From positions 38,254,001-38,318,000 of the forward strand of contig NC_043007.1 of assembly GCF_006345805.1 (NCBI RefSeq): 64,000 bases of DNA, given 5' to 3'. Below the pieces are notes generated by a model. The model was not told the origin of the DNA. It saw nothing but the letters and a program-made list of their open reading frames with translations, and ran no database searches. This document shows, one piece after another, positions 1 to 11,208 of this stretch (positions within the stretch are counted from its first letter, which is position 1; each line of letters opens with the position of its first letter). A program made the translations under genes and the position numbers. This stretch comes from Octopus sinensis (taxonomy: Eukaryota).

Positions 1-19
1 TTTTCTTGAAAGTAAGTAA

Positions 20-222
20 CATGAGTTTCTTTAGCTTCTGCTTCCCTTTACTGCCCCCCTCCCTACACAACTCTCTGCTCTCTCCATCTCTCTTTCTCTC
101 TCTCTCACCATTTCTTTCCCCATATTCTCTTTTTTTTCTCTCTTGTATTTCCTTTTCTTTTCTTCTATCACTATCTTTTTTTTCTCCTTCACTATCCTTT
201 TCTTCTCTCCTTCTTCCTCTAT

Positions 223-269
<47 letters not shown>

Positions 270-690
270 ACCTCACACCTCTAATCTCTCTCCCCCAACT
301 TCTCACCTCTCTCTTCCACTTATCATTTCTTTTTCCATTTCTCACTCTTCCCCTTCCCCCACCTATCTCTTCACCTCTCACCTCCTCTCGTCTTCTCCCC
401 TACCTCTTGTCCTCTCCCCTACCTCTTATCCTCTCCCCACCTCCTACCTGTCTCCACATCTCTTAACCCTCTCCTCTGCCCACCTGTTGCCCCACCTTTA
501 TCTTCTGACTCCTCAGCTTCTTCCAACTCTGCTCCTCTCTATACCTGCCTACTCCCTGCTTTCCTCTTCTCTATGCCCACCCTCTCCCTGCTCTGCCCCT
601 CGTCATACCCTCCCTCTCCCCAAACTTGATCTTTACCCCACATTTTACCATCACCCTTTCTCCTCCCCATCTCTTACCTCTCTTCACATG
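20..690 (+). repeat. Long pyrimidine-rich low-complexity tract with (CT)n
   Basis: Very G-poor, (CT)n at ~225-267. Confidence 0.9.
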
Positions 691-698
691 TATTTCAG

Positions 699-1657
699 AC
701 CCCACTACTGATCGAGATTCAAGCCTGAAAGTGCTGCCCCAGACTAATGATACCAAATTCTTGTACATATTTGATCCGAGTCATTTGAAGAAAGTGATGG
801 AGAAGTCTGAAAGATCCCATACGGTGAGCTTGAACCATGAGCAGAACATTAAGTACAATGCTTCTTCCTCCAAACTTGAAGCAGACTACTCAATGTTCAA
901 ACTGACCAGCAATGCCCTGGAATACATCAAATCTGAATCTCCACTTGTTGCCACATTGGTCAGTCTTGTGTGCCATGACGACCTTGATAGCAACAGCCAG
1001 GAGGACAGTCTTGAAGAGGATGAACAAGCAAATGATGACGAGTCCTGGATGAAGTCCAAATCTTCAGTATCTGATATAAGCCTGGTTGATATCAAAAGCT
1101 ACCGCTACCAAAAACTGTCTGTTGACTTCCCTGTCCTGAAACAACGCTTGCTGCAAAACATAATACCCCTGGTTCAAACAGAACACTCGGATGTAAATTT
1201 TGGAGATGAAGCCCTGTTGAAGTTTATGTCTTCGGAAATTTCCTGTGATATCAAAATGGCCATTCTCAGCTTGCCAGACAGCAAGAAATACTTATCGGTG
1301 GTTTCTCGTTTACTCAATGAATGCATACATTCCAGAAAATGGCTGCAAGCATTGAACATCATAGACAGTCTACCGGTGACTCTGAAACAAGAGAATGGTG
1401 ATTTCATCCTGCTCCATGATTTCGTTCTATGTTGCCTTGCCAAAAAAGCGTGTGATGAAGAAGACAAAAAACTAGAGGCTTATGCCAAGATGTTCTACAA
1501 CAGTGAAATCCAAGTGCGGACCATTTTGAATATTGTAAGGGGCCTTCCGTTGAAGAAAGGGATTGAACTTTTGGAAGCGTGTCTTTCCAAAGAACTTTCT
1601 GTACAACTTCGTTCAGCTGTGATTTCCAAATTAAAGCAACTCAAGATATTTTGTAAG
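699..1657 (+). CDS. ZFYVE26: ZFYVE26 exon w1 (959 nt, DPTTDRDSS...LKIFCK)
   Basis: Acceptor tatttcag, donor aag|gtattt, inside ORF 626-1690, phase 0 into next exon. Confidence 0.85.
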
Positions 1658-1970
1658 GTATTTCAATTTGCTTTCCTTTCATTTTTTTAGATATTTTGAT
1701 TTATTTTATTCTCTTTTCTGCATTTTTCTTCGTTTATGTCCCCTTTTCATATAACATACACACTAGGGATTTTCAACCTGAACTGCAACAAAGAGGGAAA
1801 CTATGTGATTGATTAAAATCACTTTTCAGAATAAATCGTTAATTTTCTCCCAAAAATATCTCTATTAATCCACAGTATAGTCTTTGGCTGACCAATGCCT
1901 TGTGAACGAAATTTGCTAGATGGATGCTGTCTGGAAGGTGTTGTGAATGTTTGTACATTTATGTGGGTGC

Positions 1971-2001
<31 letters not shown>

Positions 2002-2003
2002 TG

Positions 2004-2059
<56 letters not shown>

Positions 2060-2060
2060 C

Positions 2061-2094
<34 letters not shown>

Positions 2095-3340
2095 ATATAA
2101 TTCGTCCCCAGTCAAAAGATGCCTGTTGTTATGTCCTGTTATTATTATTATTTATATTTGTGTAACATTGTCTGTTTTTCCGTCCTTGTTTCGTATATAT
2201 TCGATGCTTTTTTCCAAGGAATCTAATGCTCTTAGCTTAGTTTTTCGTTGGGGCTGGCCAGATTGGAGCAATCTCAAGATTAATCAGCCGAAATGGCAAG
2301 GATGATCCGGTTCTTAACTGAAGATAAAAGGCTTCAAATGACCCATCTGTGTTTTTTTTTGTATCGTCTAACTGGATGTTTTGTTGTCCTTTTTTGTATC
2401 ACCTAGTTATCCGGATGTTTTGCGTTCTAGTCCCATTTTGTATTTTATTTTATATATATAGAGATATATACGCACACACACACCTACAAAAGAGAGGGAA
2501 AGGAAGAAATTAGTCTTATACTTGTAAAACTGGACCATTATATAATAGATGTTTTGTCAGTTTACAGTTCTGTTCTGGCAATAAGTCTAAATAAGGCAAT
2601 AGAGACTCACTCCAGTATTGTGGTTATGTGAAAAGCTGAAACAAAAAACCTTGAAGAACTTTTTTTTTTCTGACAGGCATCAGATATTTGGTTCAGACAT
2701 TGTTAATTCTAGGTTTTATTGGTTATTTAATAAAACCTTTATTAACTGAAACCTGAAGTATACTTTATATAGAATATGAATTATTTGCTCTGAAGTGGAT
2801 GCAGGCATGGCTAAGTGGTGCTTCACAACCATGAGGTCCCAAGTACTGTTTACCATGCCTTCAGATAAATCCAAGCCTTGTGATTGGATTTGGGAATTTG
2901 GAGCTTTAAACACACCATATTAAGCGCTCATAACTTTTTTATTTTTTGAAATTTTCAGAAAATTCATATGATTATAAAAAAAATTTTCTTTTTAATCTTT
3001 TAAATTAAAAAATAATTTTTTTCTTTTAATTTTCCAAATTTTTTTTTTAAATCAGAGTTTGAAGTATGAAGAGTGCAAATTTTTTGTTTAAATCCGAGCA
3101 ATAGACTATTAAATGTATTTATGGGGAGGAAGATATGGAAAAACATCAGTACATCAGAGTGACAAAAAAGCGAAGAGGGTATCAGGTGGTCTTCAGATGT
3201 GCTAAAAAAACCCAGCTAAATAACCCTTAAATCACACACACAAAAAATTGTTTTTTTTTCATTTTTGGTTCTTGCATAATCGTATGAATTCCCATGTGTA
3301 GAACATAAATTCGCAAAAATTTCTGCTAATTCCAAAAAAT

Positions 3341-3603
3341 GTGGAGTCATGTGGCTTAGTGGTTAGGGTGTCAGCATCATGATCATAAGATTGTGGTTTC
3401 GATTCCTGGACCAGGCGACATGTTGTGTTCTTGAGCAAAACACTTCATTTCACGTTGCTCCAGTTCACACAGTTGGCAAAAATGAGTAACACTGCGATAG
3501 CCTGGCGTCCTGTCCAGCTGGGAACACATACGCCATTGAAACCGGGAAACCGGGCCAATGAGCCTGGCTAGGCTTTAAAAGGGCGCATTTATTTATTTAT
3601 TTT
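3341..3603 (+). mobile_element. tRNA-derived SINE inserted into an AT-rich TIR element (~2915-3645)
   Basis: TGGCTTAGTGG / GGTTTCGATTCC boxes, TSD taattcc(a/c)aaaaat, host ends catattaagcgctcataac / gttatgaggggttatatgg. Confidence 0.75.
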
Positions 3604-4449
3604 TAATTCCCAAAAATAAAAATGTTATGAGGGGTTATATGGCATGCTTAAAGAAGAATTCTACCTGAAGGATATTGTATAAAAGCTCATCAGATGGAAT
3701 GTATGTATAATTCAAAAGTCTGGCTTTGTCACACTGTCACACTCATTCTACATGAGGATTATGTTAAAGGTACATGTGTCTTTGGAATACTCAGCCACTT
3801 CACACACTAATTCAATGAATAGGCTGTCTTGTTGATCAAACAACTGGACACTCATATGTCGAAATCAACATGAGAGTTTATCTTTTGCTCTAAGCAATAA
3901 GCTTAGAGTTTTCACACCGACAGACAGTAGGGTGCTACTAGTCCCAGAATATTGCAGGAGGCCTTAATATTTCAGGGATTTGGGTTCATTAGAATGGTGA
4001 AACTGTTAGATTAAATTCAGTTATCTATTAGCTTTTACTTGATTTAGTTATTAGATTGTGGCCATGCTGGGGCACCATCTTGAAGAATTTTTAGTTGAGT
4101 GGATCAACCCCAGTACTGATTCATTTTTTTAAAGTACCAGTACTTATTCTATCGGTGTCCTTTGCTGAACTGCCAAGTTACAGGGATATAAACACACTAC
4201 CATCGGTTGTCAAGCGATGGTGGAGGAATAAACACAAGCACAATGACACATACAAATAGATACATACATACATACATACATATATAATGGTGTGTGAATG
4301 GTGTGTGAATATATACGTATATATACGGCAGGTGTGTATATAATGGTGTGTGAATATATACGTATATATACGGCAGGTTTCTTTTAATTTCCATCTACCA
4401 AAATCCACTCACAAGGCTTTGGTCAGCCCAAAGTAGAAAATACTTACCC

Positions 4450-4582
4450 AAGTCTACCAGATAGATGGAAGAACATTGTAGAAAATGAAGGAGAGTATAT
4501 TTCAGATTAAAAAAGAACTTTCTCTTAATTTTTAAAAATAAAATAAGTATAAGAAACCACATTATTTATGGGATGACCCAAC
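4450..4582 (+). mobile_element. mariner 3' end remnant
   Basis: LPDRWKNIVENEGEYISD* followed by ttatttatgggatgacccaa. Confidence 0.6.
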
Positions 4583-4890
4583 ACACACACACACTCACTT
4601 GATTTGAGGAAAATTCTTTTGTAAGCCATTGTTTAGTTTAACCCTACCATCTGACCCTTGAATTTCTTTTGTCAAGACCTCTCAGTTACATCATTCAGAC
4701 CAGACCGCGAGTCTTAGAATACCTCTCCTTCCTTTACACCTACCAGTTTCGTGCTCATGTGGGAAGTCAGATGCACTGTCTTTCCTTCTCTGTCAAAGAT
4801 CCTTAAGAAATTAAAACAAAAATCAAAAAGATTAATATTGTAACCTTAATTTTTCTCAATTCCTTATTTTTCTGTTATTTCCCTCTTTAG

Positions 4891-5130
4891 GTCTCAGAGT
4901 GTGTTTCCACTGTAGAAAAGCGGGCCTCTTTTGACTGCACAGGAATTGCTCCATATGAGAAGGAAAATGAACTTTCCGGTATGTTGCAATGTCTTCATTG
5001 CTGGACTGACATACCATCACTGTCAACTTCGAACCCCGCCAGCGTCCTTTCTGTCATACTTGAGGCTGAAGACTTTGACACAGCTCGAGAGTGGGCAGAC
5101 TTCTTCTCTGTTGACTTGCCGTTGCTTGAG
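4891..5130 (+). CDS. ZFYVE26: ZFYVE26 exon w2 (VSECVS...DFDTAREWADFFSVDLPLLE)
   Basis: ctctttag acceptor, gag|gtaacc donor, 240 nt open frame. Confidence 0.88.
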
Positions 5131-5259
5131 GTAACCTTTTAAACATATTTATTTGTTTATTTATTTTGCTGTTAAAGTTTTGAAGCCTTTTGGTAACAAT
5201 CCATCTGAGGTCACTTCCTGGTCCTGTGATACAAACTTCTTGTTTAAATGTATTATAAA

Positions 5260-5650
5260 CTAGCAGTATCGCCCGGCGTTGCTCGGGTTTCTAAGGGGAA
5301 TAACTATATAAGCATTTTTAGAGAGTTATAGCCTAAAAATAGCAAAATAATGCATTAAAAATGGGAAAAAAATTATGGTAAATTTTTTTTTAAATCGTTG
5401 ACTCATCATAGACATTTTTAGAGAGTTACTTCCCTTATATAATAGCGAAAAAAATGAATTAAAATGGAAAAAAATGATGGTAAATTTTTTTTTAAATAGT
5501 AGACTCATCATAGACGCACGCTAATACCCAGAAGGGCTCGATATGAATCACGACTATAGGATACCCGGTTTTGGTTACACTGCACCGCAAAGTAGTTAGG
5601 AATCTAAATCGTAGGAGACAGACACACAACTTGACTTTTATATATAAAGA
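5260..5650 (-). mobile_element. Non-autonomous Helitron (same family as 16748)
   Basis: Reverse-complement copy with the same termini and A|T site. Confidence 0.88.
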
Positions 5651-7035
5651 TTAAAGCCTCCCATCAAAATTTCATGTCAGATTTTGTTCCAAACACCAGC
5701 TTGATAATGACAAATTTTTTTTATTACTTTCTTCATTATTTTAAAAATTAATTGAAACAAAGGTTCAGGCATGGCTGTGTGGTAAGACGCTTGCTTCCCA
5801 ACTACATGGTCCCAGGTTCAGTCCCACTGTGTGGCATCTTGGGAGAGTGTCTTTTACTATAGCCTTGGGGCAATCAAAGCCTTGTGAATGGATTTGGTAG
5901 ACAGAAACTGAAAGAAGCCCATCATATATGTATATATAGATATATATATGCGTGTGTGTGTGTGTGTGTGTTTGTGTTTATGTCCCCATAACTTATCAGT
6001 TAAGCAAATGAGACCAATAGAATAAGAAGCAATACTTTAAAAACATAAATATTGGAATCAATTCTTTCAACTAAAATTCTTCAATGCAATGCCCCAGCAT
6101 GGCCACAGCCTAATGACTGAAACAAGTAAAAGATCAGAGTTAAAGGTAATATATTTCAACTGAAATATGGTAACAAAAGGGCTTTAACGCTTTAGCATTC
6201 AGATTACTCTGTCAAATGTAATGCTTATTTATTCACATGAGGGTAGGTATTAAAGGCTGGATCTGGTTAGTTTGAACATAAAACAGGTAGAATATTTGGG
6301 CCAGATGTGTCCTTTTTAAACACTAATGGGTTGAAGTGATTTAAATTAAAACTTCATGTTAGTTTTTGCCCCAAACAGCAGATTAATAACAAGGTCCTTT
6401 TACTAATTAGTAAATGCCAAATGCTGGGAAGTCAATTTGTTCTCATCTAAGGATGGGATGTTAATAGTTCATAGGTTTCAATTAATAAAAGCTAATCTGG
6501 CACTAAATAACAACAGTTGCAGATGTTAAAGAAGGATGTTGCTATAAAAAATAATATTATCAACAAAATGAAGATAAAACAAATATTTTAAAATATTCTC
6601 TTCATGTTAGCTCAGAAAGAAAAGAAAAATCTACGTAAATCAGCCTAGTTGACTGAGCAGATAAGTAGTTACAATGGCTAAAACCATTCAAAACTCAACA
6701 ACATTCTCTGAGCTGTTAGTCTCATTGCATAATGTATATTAATTTATGATTTATAAAATTTAATCTATAACACATATAATAAATATAACATTTAAACTCA
6801 GTACCTTTCTTTAAGTTGTTAGTTTCATTACTTAATGTATGTTAATTTGTGTTAATTTGCAATATATATATATATATAATATTGTAGAATCTGAAATAAC
6901 CATTTTTCTTTTAGCTGTAAGTTTCATTACTTAATGTATGTAAGTTATGTTAATTTATGATTCCTGAATGTCATTTCTGTTTATCGTTATCAGTGTACCT
7001 ACATTCATTACTTTTTTCACTACATTATTTCATAG

Positions 7036-7104
7036 TGTATAGAGATGAAAGAAATCATGTTCTTTCTCAGTCACGGACCTTCTGATCCCAAGGAAGCATT
7101 CATG
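7036..7104 (+). CDS. ZFYVE26: ZFYVE26 exon w3 (CIEMKEIMFFLSHGPSDPKEAFM)
   Basis: tttcatag acceptor, atg|gtaaga donor, 69 nt phase 0-0. Confidence 0.8.
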
Positions 7105-7759
7105 GTAAGATTTTTTTTAACATTGCTTTCCTTTTATCTTATATTTACATACATATCCATGTGTTTGTGCACATACAGATGCACATATACTCAAGTTTAA
7201 AAAGTGGATGTAAAACTGCAAGGTATTTGTGTATTTTATGTTTTGAGAGACTAGCACACATCATGTGATCATGTGACCGACCAGGCTATCAGATGTTGTT
7301 GCACATCGCTGGTTACAATGCACTTTTGCATTGTTTCAGCCTTCAAATGATGCCACCCTGCTGGCTAGGCAAGCAGGTCAACATTCTTCCCCAATTGGAA
7401 GGGGAACTGGAGCAATTAATTACCCCCTCTCCAATATATTAAGAAGTTTTAACTCATCATCTGTTGTCCTCAGGGGTAATTATCCTTGGCAAATTATTGT
7501 TCAGGGGTGGGGGAATGTCCTAGACTCATATATATGTGTGTGCATATGTAAGCAAAAATGCTAGTTCTAAAATCTCTCTAAGAGATCAATGCAGTAGTTG
7601 TACTGATAAGTAATATCCGTAGCCACTTTTACAGGAGTGGTAGAAATAGCCTGAAATGAGGACTAGGCTGCTGGTCCCATCACTAGGAGATGATATGGGT
7701 TCACTCCCCTGCTCACAGTTTTATCAGATGCTGCTGTGCATTGTTAACCAGCTAGAGAG

Positions 7760-8126
7760 GATGTCCTCTTGGTGTTAAAAAATCGCAGTATCGGCTGCTC
7801 GAACACACTCACCCGATTTAGCGCCTTCAGACTATCATCTCTTCGGTGCCATGAAAGAGGGTTTTAGAGGCAAACATTATTCCAGCGACGAGGAAGTGAA
7901 AACTGTAGTGAAGAAGTGGCTCAAAGAACAATCAACAGAATTTTACGGGGCAGGGATACATGCTCTCATTCAAAAGTGGAACATTGCTATTGAGAGAAAC
8001 GGTGACTATGTTGAACAGTAGGGATGTGATCCACCGAGGACCAGCTTCATTTTGATGTATGATACATGTTCCTGTGTTGGTAACTATACCTGTCCTAAAT
8101 AAAATGGCATTACTTTTTGACTCACT
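7760..8126 (+). mobile_element. mariner transposase 3' fragment
   Basis: HSPDLAPSDYHLFGAMKEGFRGKHY...KWNIAIERNGDYVE* then TIR-like ttactttttgactcac. Confidence 0.85.
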
Positions 8127-8285
8127 TTCTTAATATTAATATATATTTGTCTTATATATTCTGATATACTGAAGATTTATGCCTAATCTACTTAATGGCT
8201 TGAAACCAGATCGAAACACCATCTGTTAAAAGTCTTAAAGAGCTGCTTCAGAACCATTTACAATTAATCATATTATTTATTCTAG

Positions 8286-8468
8286 GCTTTAGAGAAAATG
8301 CAGGCAGAAGATGAATACAAGTGTCTGAGAATTTGTAATGGTCTTATGGAATCTCTGAATCGACAGCAAGACATTTTATTCATTGCAAGCTACATGCTGA
8401 ACTACCTTGAATCCAACCTGGACCCACAGAGACAAGAACAGTTACGCCTTACCTGTATCGGAGCCAAG
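8286..8468 (+). CDS. ZFYVE26: ZFYVE26 exon w4 (ALEKMQ...LTCIGAK)
   Basis: ttctag acceptor, aag|gtaagc donor, overlaps ORF 8298-8534. Confidence 0.9.
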
Positions 8469-8676
8469 GTAAGCCTTTATTATGTTTCAAGGGTGTCTTT
8501 TGTTATGTATTTTTTATTTTTTATTATAGTTTGAGTTGCAGAGTTAGTAAGACACAAAGTGACTGATTGTTAGGGGCTGGTATACAAACCCTAGTTGCAG
8601 TCATTGTGGTTAGTAACTTTGCCTTTATATCTCAAAATTCAGCATGTATTCTACAGCATCACCTTCACCATCATCA

Positions 8677-8722
<46 letters not shown>

Positions 8723-8725
<3 letters not shown>

Positions 8726-9775
8726 GGCGGCAAGCTGGCAGAATCGTTAGCATGCCAGGCAAAATGCTCAGCGGTATGTCACCCATCGCTACATTCTGAG
8801 TTCAAATTCCGTTGAGGTCAAATTTGCTTTTCATCCTTTCGAAGTTGACAAATTAAGTATCAGGGAAACACTGGGGTCAATGTAATTGGTTCATGCCCTC
8901 CCCCAAAATGGCTGCCCTTGTGGCAAAATTTGAAACCACCACCATCACCATCATCATCATTATTCCTCCTCCTCCTCTTTTTCCTTCCCTGAAATTGCTA
9001 GCTTTGTGCCAAAATTTAAAGCCATTATCATTATTAATAGCGAGTTGGAAAAATTGTTAACATGCTGAGCAAAATGCTTAGCAGCACATTTTGTCCATCT
9101 TTACATTCTGAGTTCAAATTCTGCCTGGGCTGATAGGCTAATTTTGCCTTTTGTCTTTTTGGGATCAATAAAATAAGTAACACTAGAGCACTAGGGTCAA
9201 TGTAATTGACTTGTCCCTTCCCTCAAATTTCAGACCTCCTCCTCATCTTCATCATCATCATCATCATCATCATCAATAATAATAATAATAATAATAAAGG
9301 CGGCAAGCTGGCAGGATTGTTAGTGTGCCAGGCAAAATGCTTAGAGGCATTTCATCCATCTTGACATTCTGAGTTCAAATTCTTCCAAGGTCAACTTTGC
9401 CTTTCATCCTCTCAGTGTTGATAAAATAAGTACCAGTTGAGTACTGGAATTGGTGTAATCGACTATCCCCCTCCCCCAAATTTCAGGCCTTGTGCCTATA
9501 GTAGAAAGGATTATTAGTATTAGTGGTAAGGGCAGTTGATTGGTAGTATCATTAGAGAATAAAGAAATGAATATCATTAGAATGTTGGACAAAATGTCAT
9601 GCAGTATTTGTACTGTTCATTGTGTTCTGAGTCCAGATCCTGCTGAAGTCAGGGTTACCTTTCATATTTCCAGAATTGATAAAATAACTTAACAGTCAAC
9701 CCTTTTTCCAGCACTTTATTGGCTGACTTGAACCCCACACAAATTTCTGGCTTCTTGTCTATATTAGAAACAATT
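8723..9775 (+). mobile_element. Head-to-tail cluster of four SINE copies with Nin/Deu-like core
   Basis: Repeated ctgagttcaaatt...actttgcctttcatcc...gataaaataagtaccag separated by (ATT)/(CAT) runs. Other copies at 27627, 32090, 38200, 42755(-), 47750 and 63480-64000. Confidence 0.8.
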
Positions 9776-9795
9776 ATTTTTCTGTTTTGTTCTAG

Positions 9796-9891
9796 GCTTT
9801 GCTGTGTCTTCCCAACTCTATTAGGGGTGAATATCGGCACTTGGTATCAGCCCCACAACTCCTGTTGGAGCAGCTGCTAATGAACATGAAG
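9796..9891 (+). CDS. ZFYVE26: ZFYVE26 exon w5 (ALLCLP...LLEQLLMNMK)
   Basis: Conserved LEQLLMNMK motif, ttctag / aag|gtaagt. Confidence 0.95.
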
Positions 9892-10380
9892 GTAAGTTTT
9901 CAGTGTTTATATTGGACCCCTTTTTTTTTTTGTTAACTGTCATCATCATCATCATTTAACATCCACATTTCCATACCTGCATAAGTCAGGCAATTTATTG
10001 AGGCAGATTTTCTACAGCTAGATGCCTTTCCTTTTGCCAACTCTCACCTGTTTCCAAGCAGTGTTATATATGTCACCATAGAAGACAGGAAATTGAACAC
10101 TGTCAGTTTTGATGTTCTACAGTTTTGCTATTCTTAATCTCTATTAAACTCCCAAAATAATCAAATTCTTTTTTTCCTTGATAGTCCAAGCACTTTTTTC
10201 CTGTCCTTTCTCTTTCTCCTTCTCTCGGTTATCACCTAAAGTATGTAATTCTACCAACTTAGCTTCATAGCAATTAGAACCATCTTAAACTATACTACAT
10301 GGTTCATAGTTGATTATGATTATTTGTGCTCTCTCTCTCTCTCAAATATTTACATATGCTTCCATTCCATTTCAATCAAG

Positions 10381-10537
10381 GCCGACCTTGCAGGACAAGT
10401 GTTTTCCAAGATACAAAATGACTTCCGACGCATTCAGGATTGCAGTCTTTGTTTCTCTATTGAAAATTTTGATGACCTTGTTGCAAAATATGCCACTAAA
10501 GCTCTTGAATTTCCTATAGTCCAAGTTCTAATTCAAG
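10381..10537 (+). CDS. ZFYVE26: ZFYVE26 exon w6 (ADLAGQ...YATKALEFPIVQVLIQ)
   Basis: AAG acceptor, g|gtaacc donor, YAxKALxFP motif. Confidence 0.88.
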
Positions 10538-11208
10538 GTAACCTTTGTTAAAATTCTCACTTAATTTTTTCTCTTGTGTTTTTTTTCCCATTATTTTTAT
10601 TTCATTCATTCATTGTTAAATGATTTCATTGACACTTTTTATAAATGTATTTCAGGTTTCATTGTAAATACTGAGTATTATCATCCATGCCATTGTTATG
10701 TCTTCAACACTGAGATGAATGCTCATATCATCACTGTCATGATCATCATCATCATCACAAACACCACTACTATTAGATCTAGTATCGTCATCATTGTATA
10801 TATCCAAACTGCAACATTACATCACATACAAAGAACCGCTCAGTATCAAGCAAATGTAAAGAGTCCCTACATCAGTGTTTCCCAACCTATTTTCTCCCAG
10901 GCCCCACAATGACTTTTCAGAGCAATTTATGTCTCATCGGAGGCTGGAAAAAAAAAAAAATTATTTTTAATATTTTATCACAGTTATTTAATACAAAAGA
11001 ATACACTAGTAACTCTTCTATTAAATACTGAGTATCAACATCCCATAATTATATACTTTCCTTAAAGAAATAACCACATTAGGGCATTAGAATAACTCTA
11101 TACTGTGGCAAACAGCCTTCACACAATATTCTTGGCTGAAGGGATTGCTTTGGCTAGGTTGAGTATTGGTGTAGTATGTTTGCTGTGAAAAAAAGATTTT
11201 CACTAGTC

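Noticed and set aside
6-768. Leu/Ser/Pro/Phe-rich ORFs
   Set aside because: Translations of a CT-rich low-complexity intron tract.
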